Shown here in pieces: positions 1 to 8,409 of a stretch of 29,077 bases of DNA. The stretch spans positions 1-29,077 of the forward strand of contig JBCCHT010000074.1 of assembly GCA_039028615.1 (NCBI GenBank), read 5' to 3'. A program made the translations under genes and the position numbers. Source of the stretch: Myxococcota bacterium (GTDB taxonomy: Bacteria > Myxococcota_A > Polyangia > Nannocystales > Nannocystaceae). The notes under the pieces are model-generated. The model was not told the origin of the DNA and did no database searches. It was given only the letters and a program-made list of their open reading frames with translations. Within the stretch, counting starts at the first letter, position 1. Every line of letters begins with the position of its first letter.

Positions 1-505
1 CACGGGTGCCGATGGGCTTCTCGAGCGGCACGTCGGGCTCGGGCGGCTGCTCGGGGTCACCCCAGGGCGGGTTGCCGCCGAGCACGATGTCCTTATTGGA
101 CAGCCAGCCGTTGATGTAGATGCGAAGCAGGTTCGCCCGATACGTGAACCATCGATCCCGCTCGACGGGGTACGACAGCAGCACGTCCTTGAAGCGTCGG
201 AACGCACCCTTGCCGTCTATCGCGAGCACGAGGCGCTCGCGGAGGGCGTCGTCTTCGACGGACGACACGAAACGCTCCATCCAGCGGTACTGCTCGCGGG
301 ACGAAGCCGGATCGAGGTGGACGAAACGCCCTTCGGAACGGCGAATGAGCTGGCGTTTTTCTTCGTCCTCGGGCCGGCTGTCGACGATGGTCACCACCTG
401 GCCGGTGGAAAGGTCGAGGTAGCTATGGGTCTCGGGGGCGTTGTGCTCGAAGGCGGTCTCGAGGGTAGTCCAGTCGGGGTTGGGGGCGTCAGCGCTGATT
501 CTCAT
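1..505 (-). CDS. UPF0158 family protein (runs off the left edge)
   Basis: Not in the ORF track because it has no stop in the window. Manual translation from ATG 505: [37 protein letters not shown]...[13 protein letters not shown]...[16 protein letters not shown]...RWF. YLDxxTG and [10 protein letters not shown] are UPF0158 signatures. GGAG lies 10 nt upstream. Confidence 0.85.
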   Translation of the reverse strand, partial: MRISADAPNPDWTTLETAFEHNAPETHSYLDLSTGQVVTIVDSRPEDEEKRQLIRRSEGRFVHLDPASSREQYRWMERFVSSVEDDALRERLVLAIDGKGAFRRFKDVLLSYPVERDRWFTYRANLLRIYINGWLSNKDIVLGGNPPWGDPEQPPEPDVPLEKPIGTR

Positions 506-509
506 CAGT

Positions 510-549
510 AGGTCACTCCATGCGCGTGCGAAACCCGGCAGGTCACTCC
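510..549. repeat. 10-bp direct repeat AGGTCACTCC x2, 30-bp period
   Basis: Exact copies at 510-519 and 540-549. The first overlaps the putative SD of the UPF0158 gene. Confidence 0.6.
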
Positions 550-836
550 GGTGGTCAGCCGTCGCGCCGGGGTCGGTGGGTCGGTGCAGAAAGAAGAATG
601 ACTTGCGCACACAGGCGCACAAGTCGTCATGAGAATAGACCTCAGGTCCAGGGCGCGGCAAGGCGCGTCGTGGACCACGATTGAAAGCGAGGGTCCTTCA
701 CCTCCAGAAGCTGCCAATTATCGTTCGATCCTCGGCCCTTACTGAGTTTCGTGGGGTTTTCCCTCTCCGGGACGGGGCGGCCCGCCAGGGTTCGAGTACG
801 GGTGCCGCCGTCCGCTCGGTATCCTGGGCGCCACCG

Positions 837-1469
837 ATGACCGAGCCTGCCCCCATCCTCGAGGTCGAAGACCGGCTGCGCCAGCTGCACCCGGACGCTC
901 GCTACGAGCTGAATTTCGACAACCCTTTCCAGCTGCTGGTGGCCACCATCCTCGCCGCACGCTGCACCGACGAGCGGGTGAATCGAGTGACCGCCACCCT
1001 GTTCGAGAAATACCCGACCCCGCAGGACTACGCCGACGCGGACATCGAACAGCTCGAGCAGGACGTGCGCCCCACGGGCTCGTACAAGACCAAGGCTCGC
1101 TCGGTGCAGGGCACCGCCCAGGAAATCCTGGCCCGCTTCGGTGGCGAGGTCCCCGCCAACATGGAAGATCTCATTACCTTGCCGGGCGTCGCCCGCAAGA
1201 CGGCCAACGTCGTGCTCAACATGGCCTTCGAGATTCCCTCGGGCGTCATCGTCGACTCGCACGTGGCCCGGGTCAGCCAACGCATGGGCCTGACCACGCA
1301 GAAGAAGGGCGACAAGATCGAACGCGACCTGATGGACGTCGTGCCCAAGGGCGACTGGACGCACTTCGGCCCCGCCATGGTCTTGCTGGGTCGCTACACG
1401 TGCAAAGCTCGAAGCCCCGGCTGCGGCGAGTGCATCATGGCCGACATCTGTCCGAAGATCGAAGGCTGA
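837..1469 (+). CDS. nth: Endonuclease III (HhH-GPD DNA glycosylase/AP lyase with 4Fe-4S cluster)
   Basis: ELNFDNPFQLLVATIL, HhH LPGVARKTANVV, VDSHV, C-terminal C-X6-C-X2-C-X5-C (CKARSPGCGECIMADIC). Start placed at ATG 837. Confidence 0.95.
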   Translation: MTEPAPILEVEDRLRQLHPDARYELNFDNPFQLLVATILAARCTDERVNRVTATLFEKYPTPQDYADADIEQLEQDVRPTGSYKTKARSVQGTAQEILARFGGEVPANMEDLITLPGVARKTANVVLNMAFEIPSGVIVDSHVARVSQRMGLTTQKKGDKIERDLMDVVPKGDWTHFGPAMVLLGRYTCKARSPGCGECIMADICPKIEG

Positions 1470-1486
1470 CCGGCGGGAGCACAGAC

Positions 1487-2170
1487 ATGGACGCATCTTT
1501 TCGATTCCCCGGCGATTGGCACGAGGTCCTCGCGGACGAGTTCGACAAGCCCTATTGGCAGAAGCTCTCCGAGTTCATCACCGCCGAGCGCGAAGAGCAG
1601 GAGGTCTTTCCCCCCGAGGACGAGGTCTTCAGCGCGCTGGACCTGACGCCCTACTCCGAGGTCCGCGTCGTGATCCTGGGGCAGGACCCCTATCACGACA
1701 ACGACCAGGCGCATGGGCTGTCGTTCTCCGTCAAGCCCGGCATCAAGATCCCGCCGTCGCTGCGCAACATCTACAAGGAGCTCAACGCCGACCTCGGCTG
1801 CACCATCCCGGACCACGGTAACCTCGTGCACTGGGCCACGCAGGGGGTGTTGATGATCAACGCCGTGCTCACGGTGCGGGCCCACCAGGCCAACTCGCAC
1901 AAGAGCAAGGGCTGGGAAAAGCTCACCGACCGCATCATTCGGGCGGTCAACGAAAAGGACGACCCGGTGGTGTTCCTTCTATGGGGTGGGTATGCCCGCA
2001 AGAAGGCCAAGCTCGTCGACACCGACCGCCACGGCCTGGTCGAGGGCGCCCACCCTTCACCGTTGTCGGTGAAGAAGTTCATGGGCAGCAAGCCCTTTTC
2101 GCAGGTCAACGCGCTGCTGCAGGACAAGGGGCGCGAGCCCATCGACTGGGAAGTGCCGCCGCTGGACTGA
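1487..2170 (+). CDS. ung: Uracil-DNA glycosylase, family 1
   Basis: GQDPYH, QAHGLSFSV, PPSLRNIYKEL and HPSPLS motifs. ATG 1487 with GGGAG upstream. Confidence 0.97.
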   Translation: MDASFRFPGDWHEVLADEFDKPYWQKLSEFITAEREEQEVFPPEDEVFSALDLTPYSEVRVVILGQDPYHDNDQAHGLSFSVKPGIKIPPSLRNIYKELNADLGCTIPDHGNLVHWATQGVLMINAVLTVRAHQANSHKSKGWEKLTDRIIRAVNEKDDPVVFLLWGGYARKKAKLVDTDRHGLVEGAHPSPLSVKKFMGSKPFSQVNALLQDKGREPIDWEVPPLD

Positions 2171-2175
2171 GCCGC

Positions 2176-3708
2176 TCAGGAGCGCAGGCGCTGACGCAGC
2201 TGGACGAGCTCCGAGCGTAGCTGCAGTGCACCGATGCCGCCGCGCTCGACTCGTTCGATCAGGCGATCGAGCTGGCGCAGCGCCTTGCCACGACGCATCC
2301 GCTCGGCCTGCTCGTCGGCTTCGGCCACCACCACGATGAGCGGCTCGGGACCTTCGTCGTCCTCGAAGTCTTCGTCGTCGTCGTCTTCGTCGTCCGCCTC
2401 GGCTTCGGCTTCGGCGGGCTCGACCTCGATGACTCCAGAGACGGTGTGCGACGGCCGGTCGTCGTCGCTTTCGCCGCTCTCGGCCGCCTCGTCCTCCGTC
2501 GTCTCGTCCGCGTCGGCCTCGTCGGTGTCGGCCTCGTCGACCGCTTCGGGCTCTTCCCCGGCCTCGGCCGCCTCGCCCTCTTCGACCGCCTCGTCTTGGG
2601 CGGCCTCGTCTTCGACCGCAGGCTCTTCGGTCTGCGCGGCCGCCAGCCGGGCCCGCAGCTGCGCGACCTCGGCCTCGAGCTCATCGACGGGGCGCGCCCG
2701 GCTGTCCCGAAGCTCGCGCTCGATCTGCTGCACCTTCCAGCGCAACGCCTGATTGTCGGCCAGCGCCGCCTGCAGCCGCTCGTGGGCCTCGGACGCCTCG
2801 GGCGGCGCTTCGTTGACCGCCCGCGCCAGGCGATCGCGAAGCTCGGTGGCCTGGCGCTCGAGCTGGGCCTGCTCGGACTCGAGGTCGTCGACCTTCTCGA
2901 GCAAGGCCTGGCGATCGATGGCGGCCAGCTCGGCCTGGCGCTGGGCCTGCACCAGCTGACCCCGCAGGGCATCGTCGCTCGACGCGACGATCGACCCCGC
3001 GTCGGCGGGCAGCTCGACCAGCGTCAGCCCCTCGGGCAGCGGCGGAGCCTGACCCGCGACGGCGACGTACTCGACGAAGCGAGGCGCCTGCGAGCCCAGG
3101 GTGTTGTCGAAGGACAGCGGGACCTCTTCGTCCTCGGACTCCCCTTCCTCTTCACCACCGCCAAAGTCCACCACCCCGGCCATCGGCGGGCGATAGACGC
3201 CGAAGATCCGGCCGCCGCCGAGTTGCTCCTCGAGCAGGTCGCTCAGCGCCTCGAAGGTGATGTCCTCGTCGTCTTCGTCGTACAGCGCGCGGGCACCGAT
3301 GATCACGGTGCGGCCCTGCTTTGCACGTTGGGCCAGCTCGGCTCGCAGCTGGGTCCCGCCGGGCACGTCGTCGCTCAGCGCAGCGAGCTCGACCAGCGCG
3401 ACTTCCCAGTCGCGATGCGCCACCACTTCGGCGAAGCTCGCCCGCGGCAGAAAGCCGGTGCCGGGTCGGGCCTGCGCCAGCTCGCGTGCCACCGCTTCGT
3501 CGGCGACCGCGACCCACGTGCGGGCCTTGGACGCGCGCGGCACCAGAGCATCGGCCAGCTCTCCCAGCGGCGACTCGTCGTCCGCCGGACGCGAGGACCC
3601 CTCGCGCAGCGTCGCCTCGAGGCCGGCATCCACGATGACCCGGGCGCGGTTGCGCCAGAGATCTTCGGCAAATGCGTAGCGAACCGCCCAGCGCAGGTCG
3701 TCGGTCAT
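2176..3708 (-). CDS. Hypothetical protein: possibly degenerate methyltransferase-like N-terminus, coiled coil, long acidic tract
   Basis: 510 aa from ATG 3708. N-terminal RYAFAEDLWRNRARVIVDAG, heptad-rich middle, E/D-rich tail, short helical C-terminus. Confidence 0.75.
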   Translation of the reverse strand: MTDDLRWAVRYAFAEDLWRNRARVIVDAGLEATLREGSSRPADDESPLGELADALVPRASKARTWVAVADEAVARELAQARPGTGFLPRASFAEVVAHRDWEVALVELAALSDDVPGGTQLRAELAQRAKQGRTVIIGARALYDEDDEDITFEALSDLLEEQLGGGRIFGVYRPPMAGVVDFGGGEEEGESEDEEVPLSFDNTLGSQAPRFVEYVAVAGQAPPLPEGLTLVELPADAGSIVASSDDALRGQLVQAQRQAELAAIDRQALLEKVDDLESEQAQLERQATELRDRLARAVNEAPPEASEAHERLQAALADNQALRWKVQQIERELRDSRARPVDELEAEVAQLRARLAAAQTEEPAVEDEAAQDEAVEEGEAAEAGEEPEAVDEADTDEADADETTEDEAAESGESDDDRPSHTVSGVIEVEPAEAEAEADDEDDDDEDFEDDEGPEPLIVVVAEADEQAERMRRGKALRQLDRLIERVERGGIGALQLRSELVQLRQRLRS

Positions 3709-3950
3709 GGTCGGCCGGAGTCTTAGCTCGGCCCCGGACGGCTCGCAACGGTCAGCCTGGGCCCCCTGCGATTGCCGTGCGTTGCGGCACGCGTTCCGTC
3801 CCCCGCCCCGGTCGGAAGAAGCGCGATGGCGCGCCGCCAGCCGGCCGTGGGGCGGTGTTTGGCCGGCGCGAGGGTGGCACCACGGCCTGCTAGACTTGCC
3901 CCGCGGGGGCTGTCGTGACACACGAAGGTCCTTCCCGCCCCCAGCGTCAC

Positions 3951-5027
3951 ATGGACGACAAGCTCCGCACCAAGCTCCAGGACATCGCCGAACGCCACGA
4001 AGAGCTCGGCGACATGCTCTGCGCACCCGAGCTGGCCGAGGACAAGGCCCGCTTCCTCGCTGCTTCGCGCGAGCACGCCGAGCTGCGCCCCGTGGCCGAG
4101 GCATTTGCGCGCCACGCCCAGGCCGAGGCCAACCTCGACGAAGCCAAGGAGATGCTGTCCGACCCGGACATGAAGGAGCTCGCCCAAGAGGACGTGCAGC
4201 GCCTTCAGGCCGAAATCGCCACGCTCGAGGACGAGCTGCAGCGCGCGCTCATCCCCAAGGATCCGAACGACAGCAAGAACGTCGTGCTCGAGATCCGCGC
4301 GGGCACGGGAGGCGAAGAAGCCGCACTCTTCGCCGCGGACCTGTGGCGCATGTACACCCGCTTCGCCGAGCGCAACCGCTGGGAGGTCGACGAGATGGGC
4401 ATGTCGGAGGCCAGCGCGGGCGGCTTTCGCGAAGTCACGGGCCTCATTCGCGGCAAGGACGTCTACGCGTTCCTCAAGTTCGAGAGCGGCGTGCACCGGG
4501 TCCAGCGCGTGCCCGCCACCGAGTCCCAGGGGCGCATCCACACCTCGGCCGCCACCGTCGCGATCATGCCCGAGGCCGAAGAGGTCGACATCGAGATCAA
4601 CGAGGCCGACATCAAGCTCGACGTGATGCGAGCCTCGGGCGCGGGCGGGCAGCACGTCAACACCACCGACTCCAAGGTCCGGCTGACCCACATTCCCACC
4701 GGGCTCGCCGTGGAGTCGCAGCAGGAAAAGTCGCAGACCAAAAACCGCGAGATCGCCATGGTCTTGCTGCGCAGCCGCTTGCTCGACCTCGAGATCCAGA
4801 AGTACCAGGCCGAGCGGGCGGCCGAGCGCAAGTCGCAGGTCGGCTCCGGCGACCGCTCGGAGAAGGTCCGCACCTACAACTATCCGCAGGATCGCATCAC
4901 CGATCACCGGATCAACCTGACCCGACACAACCTCCCGTCGTTCATGGATGGCGACCTGAGCGACGTGCTCAACGCCCTGCGGGCGCACGACGAGGCCGAG
5001 CGTCTGGCCGACGCGCAGCGCGAGTAG
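3951..5027 (+). CDS. prfA: Peptide chain release factor 1
   Basis: [25 protein letters not shown] (PxT, RF1-specific), [27 protein letters not shown]. Confidence 0.97.
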   Translation: MDDKLRTKLQDIAERHEELGDMLCAPELAEDKARFLAASREHAELRPVAEAFARHAQAEANLDEAKEMLSDPDMKELAQEDVQRLQAEIATLEDELQRALIPKDPNDSKNVVLEIRAGTGGEEAALFAADLWRMYTRFAERNRWEVDEMGMSEASAGGFREVTGLIRGKDVYAFLKFESGVHRVQRVPATESQGRIHTSAATVAIMPEAEEVDIEINEADIKLDVMRASGAGGQHVNTTDSKVRLTHIPTGLAVESQQEKSQTKNREIAMVLLRSRLLDLEIQKYQAERAAERKSQVGSGDRSEKVRTYNYPQDRITDHRINLTRHNLPSFMDGDLSDVLNALRAHDEAERLADAQRE

Positions 5028-5036
5028 GCCGGGCGC

Positions 5037-5375
5037 ATGGTCAAACGATCGGTCCAGGTCGAGATCGCCGGGCAGCGGCTTTCGATCCGCAGCGACGAGG
5101 GGCCGCAGTACGTCCAGCAGCTGGCCGACTACGTCGACGCCCAGCTGCGACAGCTGACCCAGGGGCGCCGCAGCACGCCGAGCATGCAGCGGGTCGCCCT
5201 GCTCGTCGCGATTCAGATGGCCGACGAGCTGTTCCGCGAGCGCGACCTGCATCGCCGGTTCCGCGCCCGGGTGGCCGACAAGCTCGCCACGCTGCGCGAA
5301 GCCCTGGACGAGCACGAAGCGCAGCTGCAGCCCACCGCGGCCGAGCCTCCCCCGGACACGGCCACCGAAGAGTGA
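5037..5375 (+). CDS. zapA: Cell division protein ZapA
   Basis: VQVEIAGQRLSIRSDE...LADYVD...VALLVAIQMADELF followed by a coiled coil; 112 aa. Confidence 0.88.
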   Translation: MVKRSVQVEIAGQRLSIRSDEGPQYVQQLADYVDAQLRQLTQGRRSTPSMQRVALLVAIQMADELFRERDLHRRFRARVADKLATLREALDEHEAQLQPTAAEPPPDTATEE

Positions 5376-5376
5376 G

Positions 5377-6096
5377 CTACACGGCGGGGGCGGGCATGTG
5401 CTCGGCGAAGAATGCCAGCAGCTTGTCCCACGCCACCGCTTCGGTGGGCGCGTCGTACTGCGCCCGCATACGCGAGTACTTCGAAAGCTTGAACAGCGGC
5501 CAGTCGTGGTCGTTCATGAACGAGTGCCCCACGCCCGAGTGCATCAGCAGCTCGTGCTCGATGCCCAGCGTCTCCAGGTGCTCGGACAGGCGCTCGGCGT
5601 GCGGCCGAAACGAGCGATCGCGTTCGCCGTACTGCGCGAGCGTGGGGCACAGCCCGCTCAGTCGCTCGGCGCGGCGCGGGACCGCCCCGTAAAACGGCGC
5701 CGCCACGGCGTAGTGGTCGTCGGCTGCCGCCAGCAGGGCAAACCCGCCGCCCATGCAAAACCCGGTGATGCCCACACGATCGGCATCGACTTGCGGCATC
5801 GCAGCCAGCTGCGCCCGCGCGCTCGCGATGACCGGCAGTGTGTGTCGGCCCTGGCGAAACACGTCGAGCATGGTCCGCACGGTGCAGCCGACTCGCTTGC
5901 CGTCGTACAGGTCGGGCGCGAGCGCGACGTAGCCGGCCTCGGCGAAGCGCTGGCAGTGACGGCGCGTGTCGGGCATCAGGCCCACCAGATCGTGGATCAC
6001 GATGACCCCGGGAAAGGGCCCTTCCCCCGGGGGTCGAGCGAGGACGCCGGGCCTGTCGTCACCGCCCGGCAGCGATACTCGGATCTCGTCGATCAT
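5377..6096 (-). CDS. Dienelactone hydrolase family protein
   Basis: PGVIVIHD, ALAPDLY, nucleophile motif GFCMGG, GHSFMN. Start ATG 6096. Confidence 0.92.
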   Translation of the reverse strand: MIDEIRVSLPGGDDRPGVLARPPGEGPFPGVIVIHDLVGLMPDTRRHCQRFAEAGYVALAPDLYDGKRVGCTVRTMLDVFRQGRHTLPVIASARAQLAAMPQVDADRVGITGFCMGGGFALLAAADDHYAVAAPFYGAVPRRAERLSGLCPTLAQYGERDRSFRPHAERLSEHLETLGIEHELLMHSGVGHSFMNDHDWPLFKLSKYSRMRAQYDAPTEAVAWDKLLAFFAEHMPAPAV

Positions 6097-6192
6097 CGGG
6101 GGCACGCTATGTCCCCCGCCTGGCTCGTGTCGATGGCGGAATCGGCGCGGGTGTCTTGACCTGCTCGCCCCTGCCCCGCCTATGCTGCGCTG

Positions 6193-6699
6193 GTGTCGCT
6201 GCTCGTTCGCCTTGCCACCCCCGACGACGCCGAGACCCTTCACCGGTTCATCTGTGATCTGGCCGACTATGAGAAGAAGCGCGATGCGGTCGAAGTCACA
6301 CCGCCGCAGCTGCGCGAGCAGATGAGCCAGCCGCATCCGCCCTTCGAATGCCTGATCGCGGAGGATCCCTCGGCCTCGGGCGACGCCGCGCGGGGCTTCG
6401 CGTTGTTTTTCTACAACTACTCCACCTGGCGAGGCCGTCGGGGCCTGCACCTCGAGGACCTGTACGTGCCCCCGGAGCATCGCGGCACCGGCGTGGGCAA
6501 GGCCCTGCTGGCGACCCTGGCCCGGGTGGCCAAGGAGCGAGGCTGCGCTCGGATGGAGTGGTGGGTGCTCGACTGGAACACGCCCGCCATCGAGTTCTAC
6601 CGGGGTCTCGGGGCCACCCCGATGGGCGACTGGACCACCTTCCGGCTCACCCGCGACGCGCTCGACGAGCTCGCGACCCAGGGTCAGCCGCTGGGCTGA
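6193..6699 (+). CDS. GNAT N-acetyltransferase (spermidine/diamine acetyltransferase-like)
   Basis: LADYEK, YNYSTWRG, LEDLYV, acetyl-CoA motif HRGTGVG, VLDWNTPAIEFY. GTG start. Confidence 0.92.
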   Translation: MSLLVRLATPDDAETLHRFICDLADYEKKRDAVEVTPPQLREQMSQPHPPFECLIAEDPSASGDAARGFALFFYNYSTWRGRRGLHLEDLYVPPEHRGTGVGKALLATLARVAKERGCARMEWWVLDWNTPAIEFYRGLGATPMGDWTTFRLTRDALDELATQGQPLG

Positions 6700-6757
6700 G
6701 CCACGTCGCCCCTGCCCCCTCGGCGCCGCCCACCGATTCGGGTACGCTCGCCGCTCC

Positions 6758-8032
6758 ATGGACGACGTGGAAGCGCTCAAGCACCCCCGCTCCAAGGCCC
6801 TCGCCGCCCTCGTCGAACGAGGCTTCGTCGAGCAGGCCTCCGATGCCGCCGCCATCGACCAGGCCCTCGCCGAGGGCATGGTGACGTTCTATATCGGCTT
6901 CGATCCCACCGCCCCCTCGCTGCACGTGGGCAACCTGGTGTGCATCATGGCGATGCGGGTGCTCCAGCAGCATGGCCACCGCCCGGTGGTGTTGCTCGGC
7001 AGCGGCACCGCGCGCATCGGCGACCCCTCGGGGCGCAACGAGACCCGCAAGATCCTCGACGAGGCGACCATCGACTCGCAGGTCAAGTCGATCAGCGAGC
7101 ACTTCGGTCACTTCCTGCACATGGACACGGGCGCGCCCAACGACGCCGTGGTGGTCGACAACCACTCGTGGCTCGGCAAGCTCGGCTACATCGACTTCCT
7201 GCGGGACTTCGGCGTGCACTTCACGATCAACCGGATGATCGCGACGAAGACCTACCGCGAGCGCCTGGACAACGAGCAGCCGCTGTCCTTCATCGAGTTC
7301 AACTACCAGCTGTTCCAGGCCTACGACTTCATGCACCTGTACCGGGAGCACGGGGTCAAGCTGCAGCTGGGCGGTAGCGATCAGTGGGGCAACATGGTGG
7401 CGGGCGTCGAGCTCATCCGTCGCATCGGCGGCGGCGACAAGGGCCCTGCGCACTGCCTCACCTTCCCGCTGCTGACCACCGCCGACGGCCGAAAGATGGG
7501 CAAATCGGAGCGCGGGGCGGTGTGGCTGCACCCCGACCAGCTCGCCCCCTTCGACTACTTCCAGTACTGGGTCAAGTGTGACGACAGCGACGTCCGCAAG
7601 CTGCTGCTGACGTTCACGGACCTGCCCGTCGCAGAGATCGACGCGCTGTGTCGGGCCGAGGGCGCGCAGCTCCGCGAGGTGAAGCAACGCCTCGCCTACG
7701 AGACGACCAAGCTCGCGCACGGCGAAGAAGCGGCCGAGCAAGCCAAGGCCGCCGCCGCGCAGGCCTTTGGGGGTGGCGACGACTGGAGTGCCGTGCCGGC
7801 CGTCAGCATCGACGCCGCGCCGATCAAGCTGGTCGACCTGGTCACCCACGACGCGGTCAAGGCGTTCCCCTCCAAGCGTCAGGCTCGACAGCGCATCGAG
7901 TCGGGGGCCGTGAAGATCGACGGCGAGCCGCGGACCGACCCCAACGCGGAGCTGGGACCCGACGACTTCCCCCGCTCGGGGCTGCGGCTACAGGCTGGCC
8001 GACGTACGCGCTTCCGCGTCCTCGTCGGTTGA
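6758..8032 (+). CDS. tyrS: Tyrosine--tRNA ligase
   Basis: YIGFDPTAPSLHVGN (HIGH), QAYDF, GGSDQWGN, KMGKS (KMSKS), C-terminal S4-like domain. Confidence 0.97.
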   Translation: MDDVEALKHPRSKALAALVERGFVEQASDAAAIDQALAEGMVTFYIGFDPTAPSLHVGNLVCIMAMRVLQQHGHRPVVLLGSGTARIGDPSGRNETRKILDEATIDSQVKSISEHFGHFLHMDTGAPNDAVVVDNHSWLGKLGYIDFLRDFGVHFTINRMIATKTYRERLDNEQPLSFIEFNYQLFQAYDFMHLYREHGVKLQLGGSDQWGNMVAGVELIRRIGGGDKGPAHCLTFPLLTTADGRKMGKSERGAVWLHPDQLAPFDYFQYWVKCDDSDVRKLLLTFTDLPVAEIDALCRAEGAQLREVKQRLAYETTKLAHGEEAAEQAKAAAAQAFGGGDDWSAVPAVSIDAAPIKLVDLVTHDAVKAFPSKRQARQRIESGAVKIDGEPRTDPNAELGPDDFPRSGLRLQAGRRTRFRVLVG

Positions 8033-8091
8033 AAAAATGAGCCCACCCCCCAAGAAGCGGTCCCCCGACTGCTCGAGCGGGGGGCGGGCTC
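8032..8091 (-). terminator. Intrinsic terminator on the minus strand
   Basis: 13-bp stem GAGCCCGCCCCCC/GGGGGGUGGGCUC (one G-U pair on minus, a mismatch on plus) followed by AUUUUUU. The loop is unusually large (27 nt). Confidence 0.7.
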
Positions 8092-8281
8092 TCCCCTCAA
8101 CCCCCCGACCCAACGAACCGTCGAGTGCGGGTGCGTTTCGCCATTCCCCGCGAAACGCTGACGACACCGACCGCTTCATCGAGCCAGCACGGGCCAATTC
8201 CCCTTGCCCATGCTCTCGACGGAACTGTCTGTGCCGTGATCCGTAACATCTGAATCTCCCAGAGCATCATTTGTGCTCTGC
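8032..8281 (-). ncRNA. Candidate structured small RNA (~250 nt), family not recognised
   Basis: Promoter-like element upstream, 5' hairpin at 8260-8280, enclosing stem 8118-8128/8212-8222, two 9-bp hairpins with GGGGAAU loops, terminator at the 3' end, no convincing ORF. Confidence 0.55.
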
Positions 8282-8287
8282 GCAACG

Positions 8288-8316
8288 ATTAGAACACGGC
8301 CGTTTCAATTTTTCGA
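8288..8316 (-). promoter_or_regulatory. Putative sigma70-type promoter for the candidate sRNA
   Basis: Minus strand: TCGAAA (-35, 8316-8311), 17-nt spacer ending in TGn, TCTAAT (-10, 8293-8288). Predicted start near 8281. Confidence 0.45.
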
Positions 8317-8409
8317 CGAATACGTGGGGCTTTGTGACGCACCTGGTTTGTGGCAAGTCACGCAATTGGGGGCATTTTGGTGCGCTGGGCTACCAAAACT
8401 AAGCCGATC

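Noticed and set aside
3875..3891. TGGCACCACGGCCTGCT as a sigma54 promoter for prfA
   Set aside because: GG-to-GC spacing is 11, not the required 10. The adjacent TGC-TAGACT fits an extended -10 better.
8032..8281. Interpretation of the structured region as a retron msr/msd, 6S RNA or T-box
   Set aside because: There is no reverse transcriptase in the window; the fold is not a single long rod with a central bubble; and it lies downstream of and antisense to tyrS.
8037..8285. Short ORFs in the tyrS-dusA gap (62-73 aa)
   Set aside because: Poor codon bias, no motifs, and they overlap strong RNA-like stems. A small peptide cannot be fully excluded.
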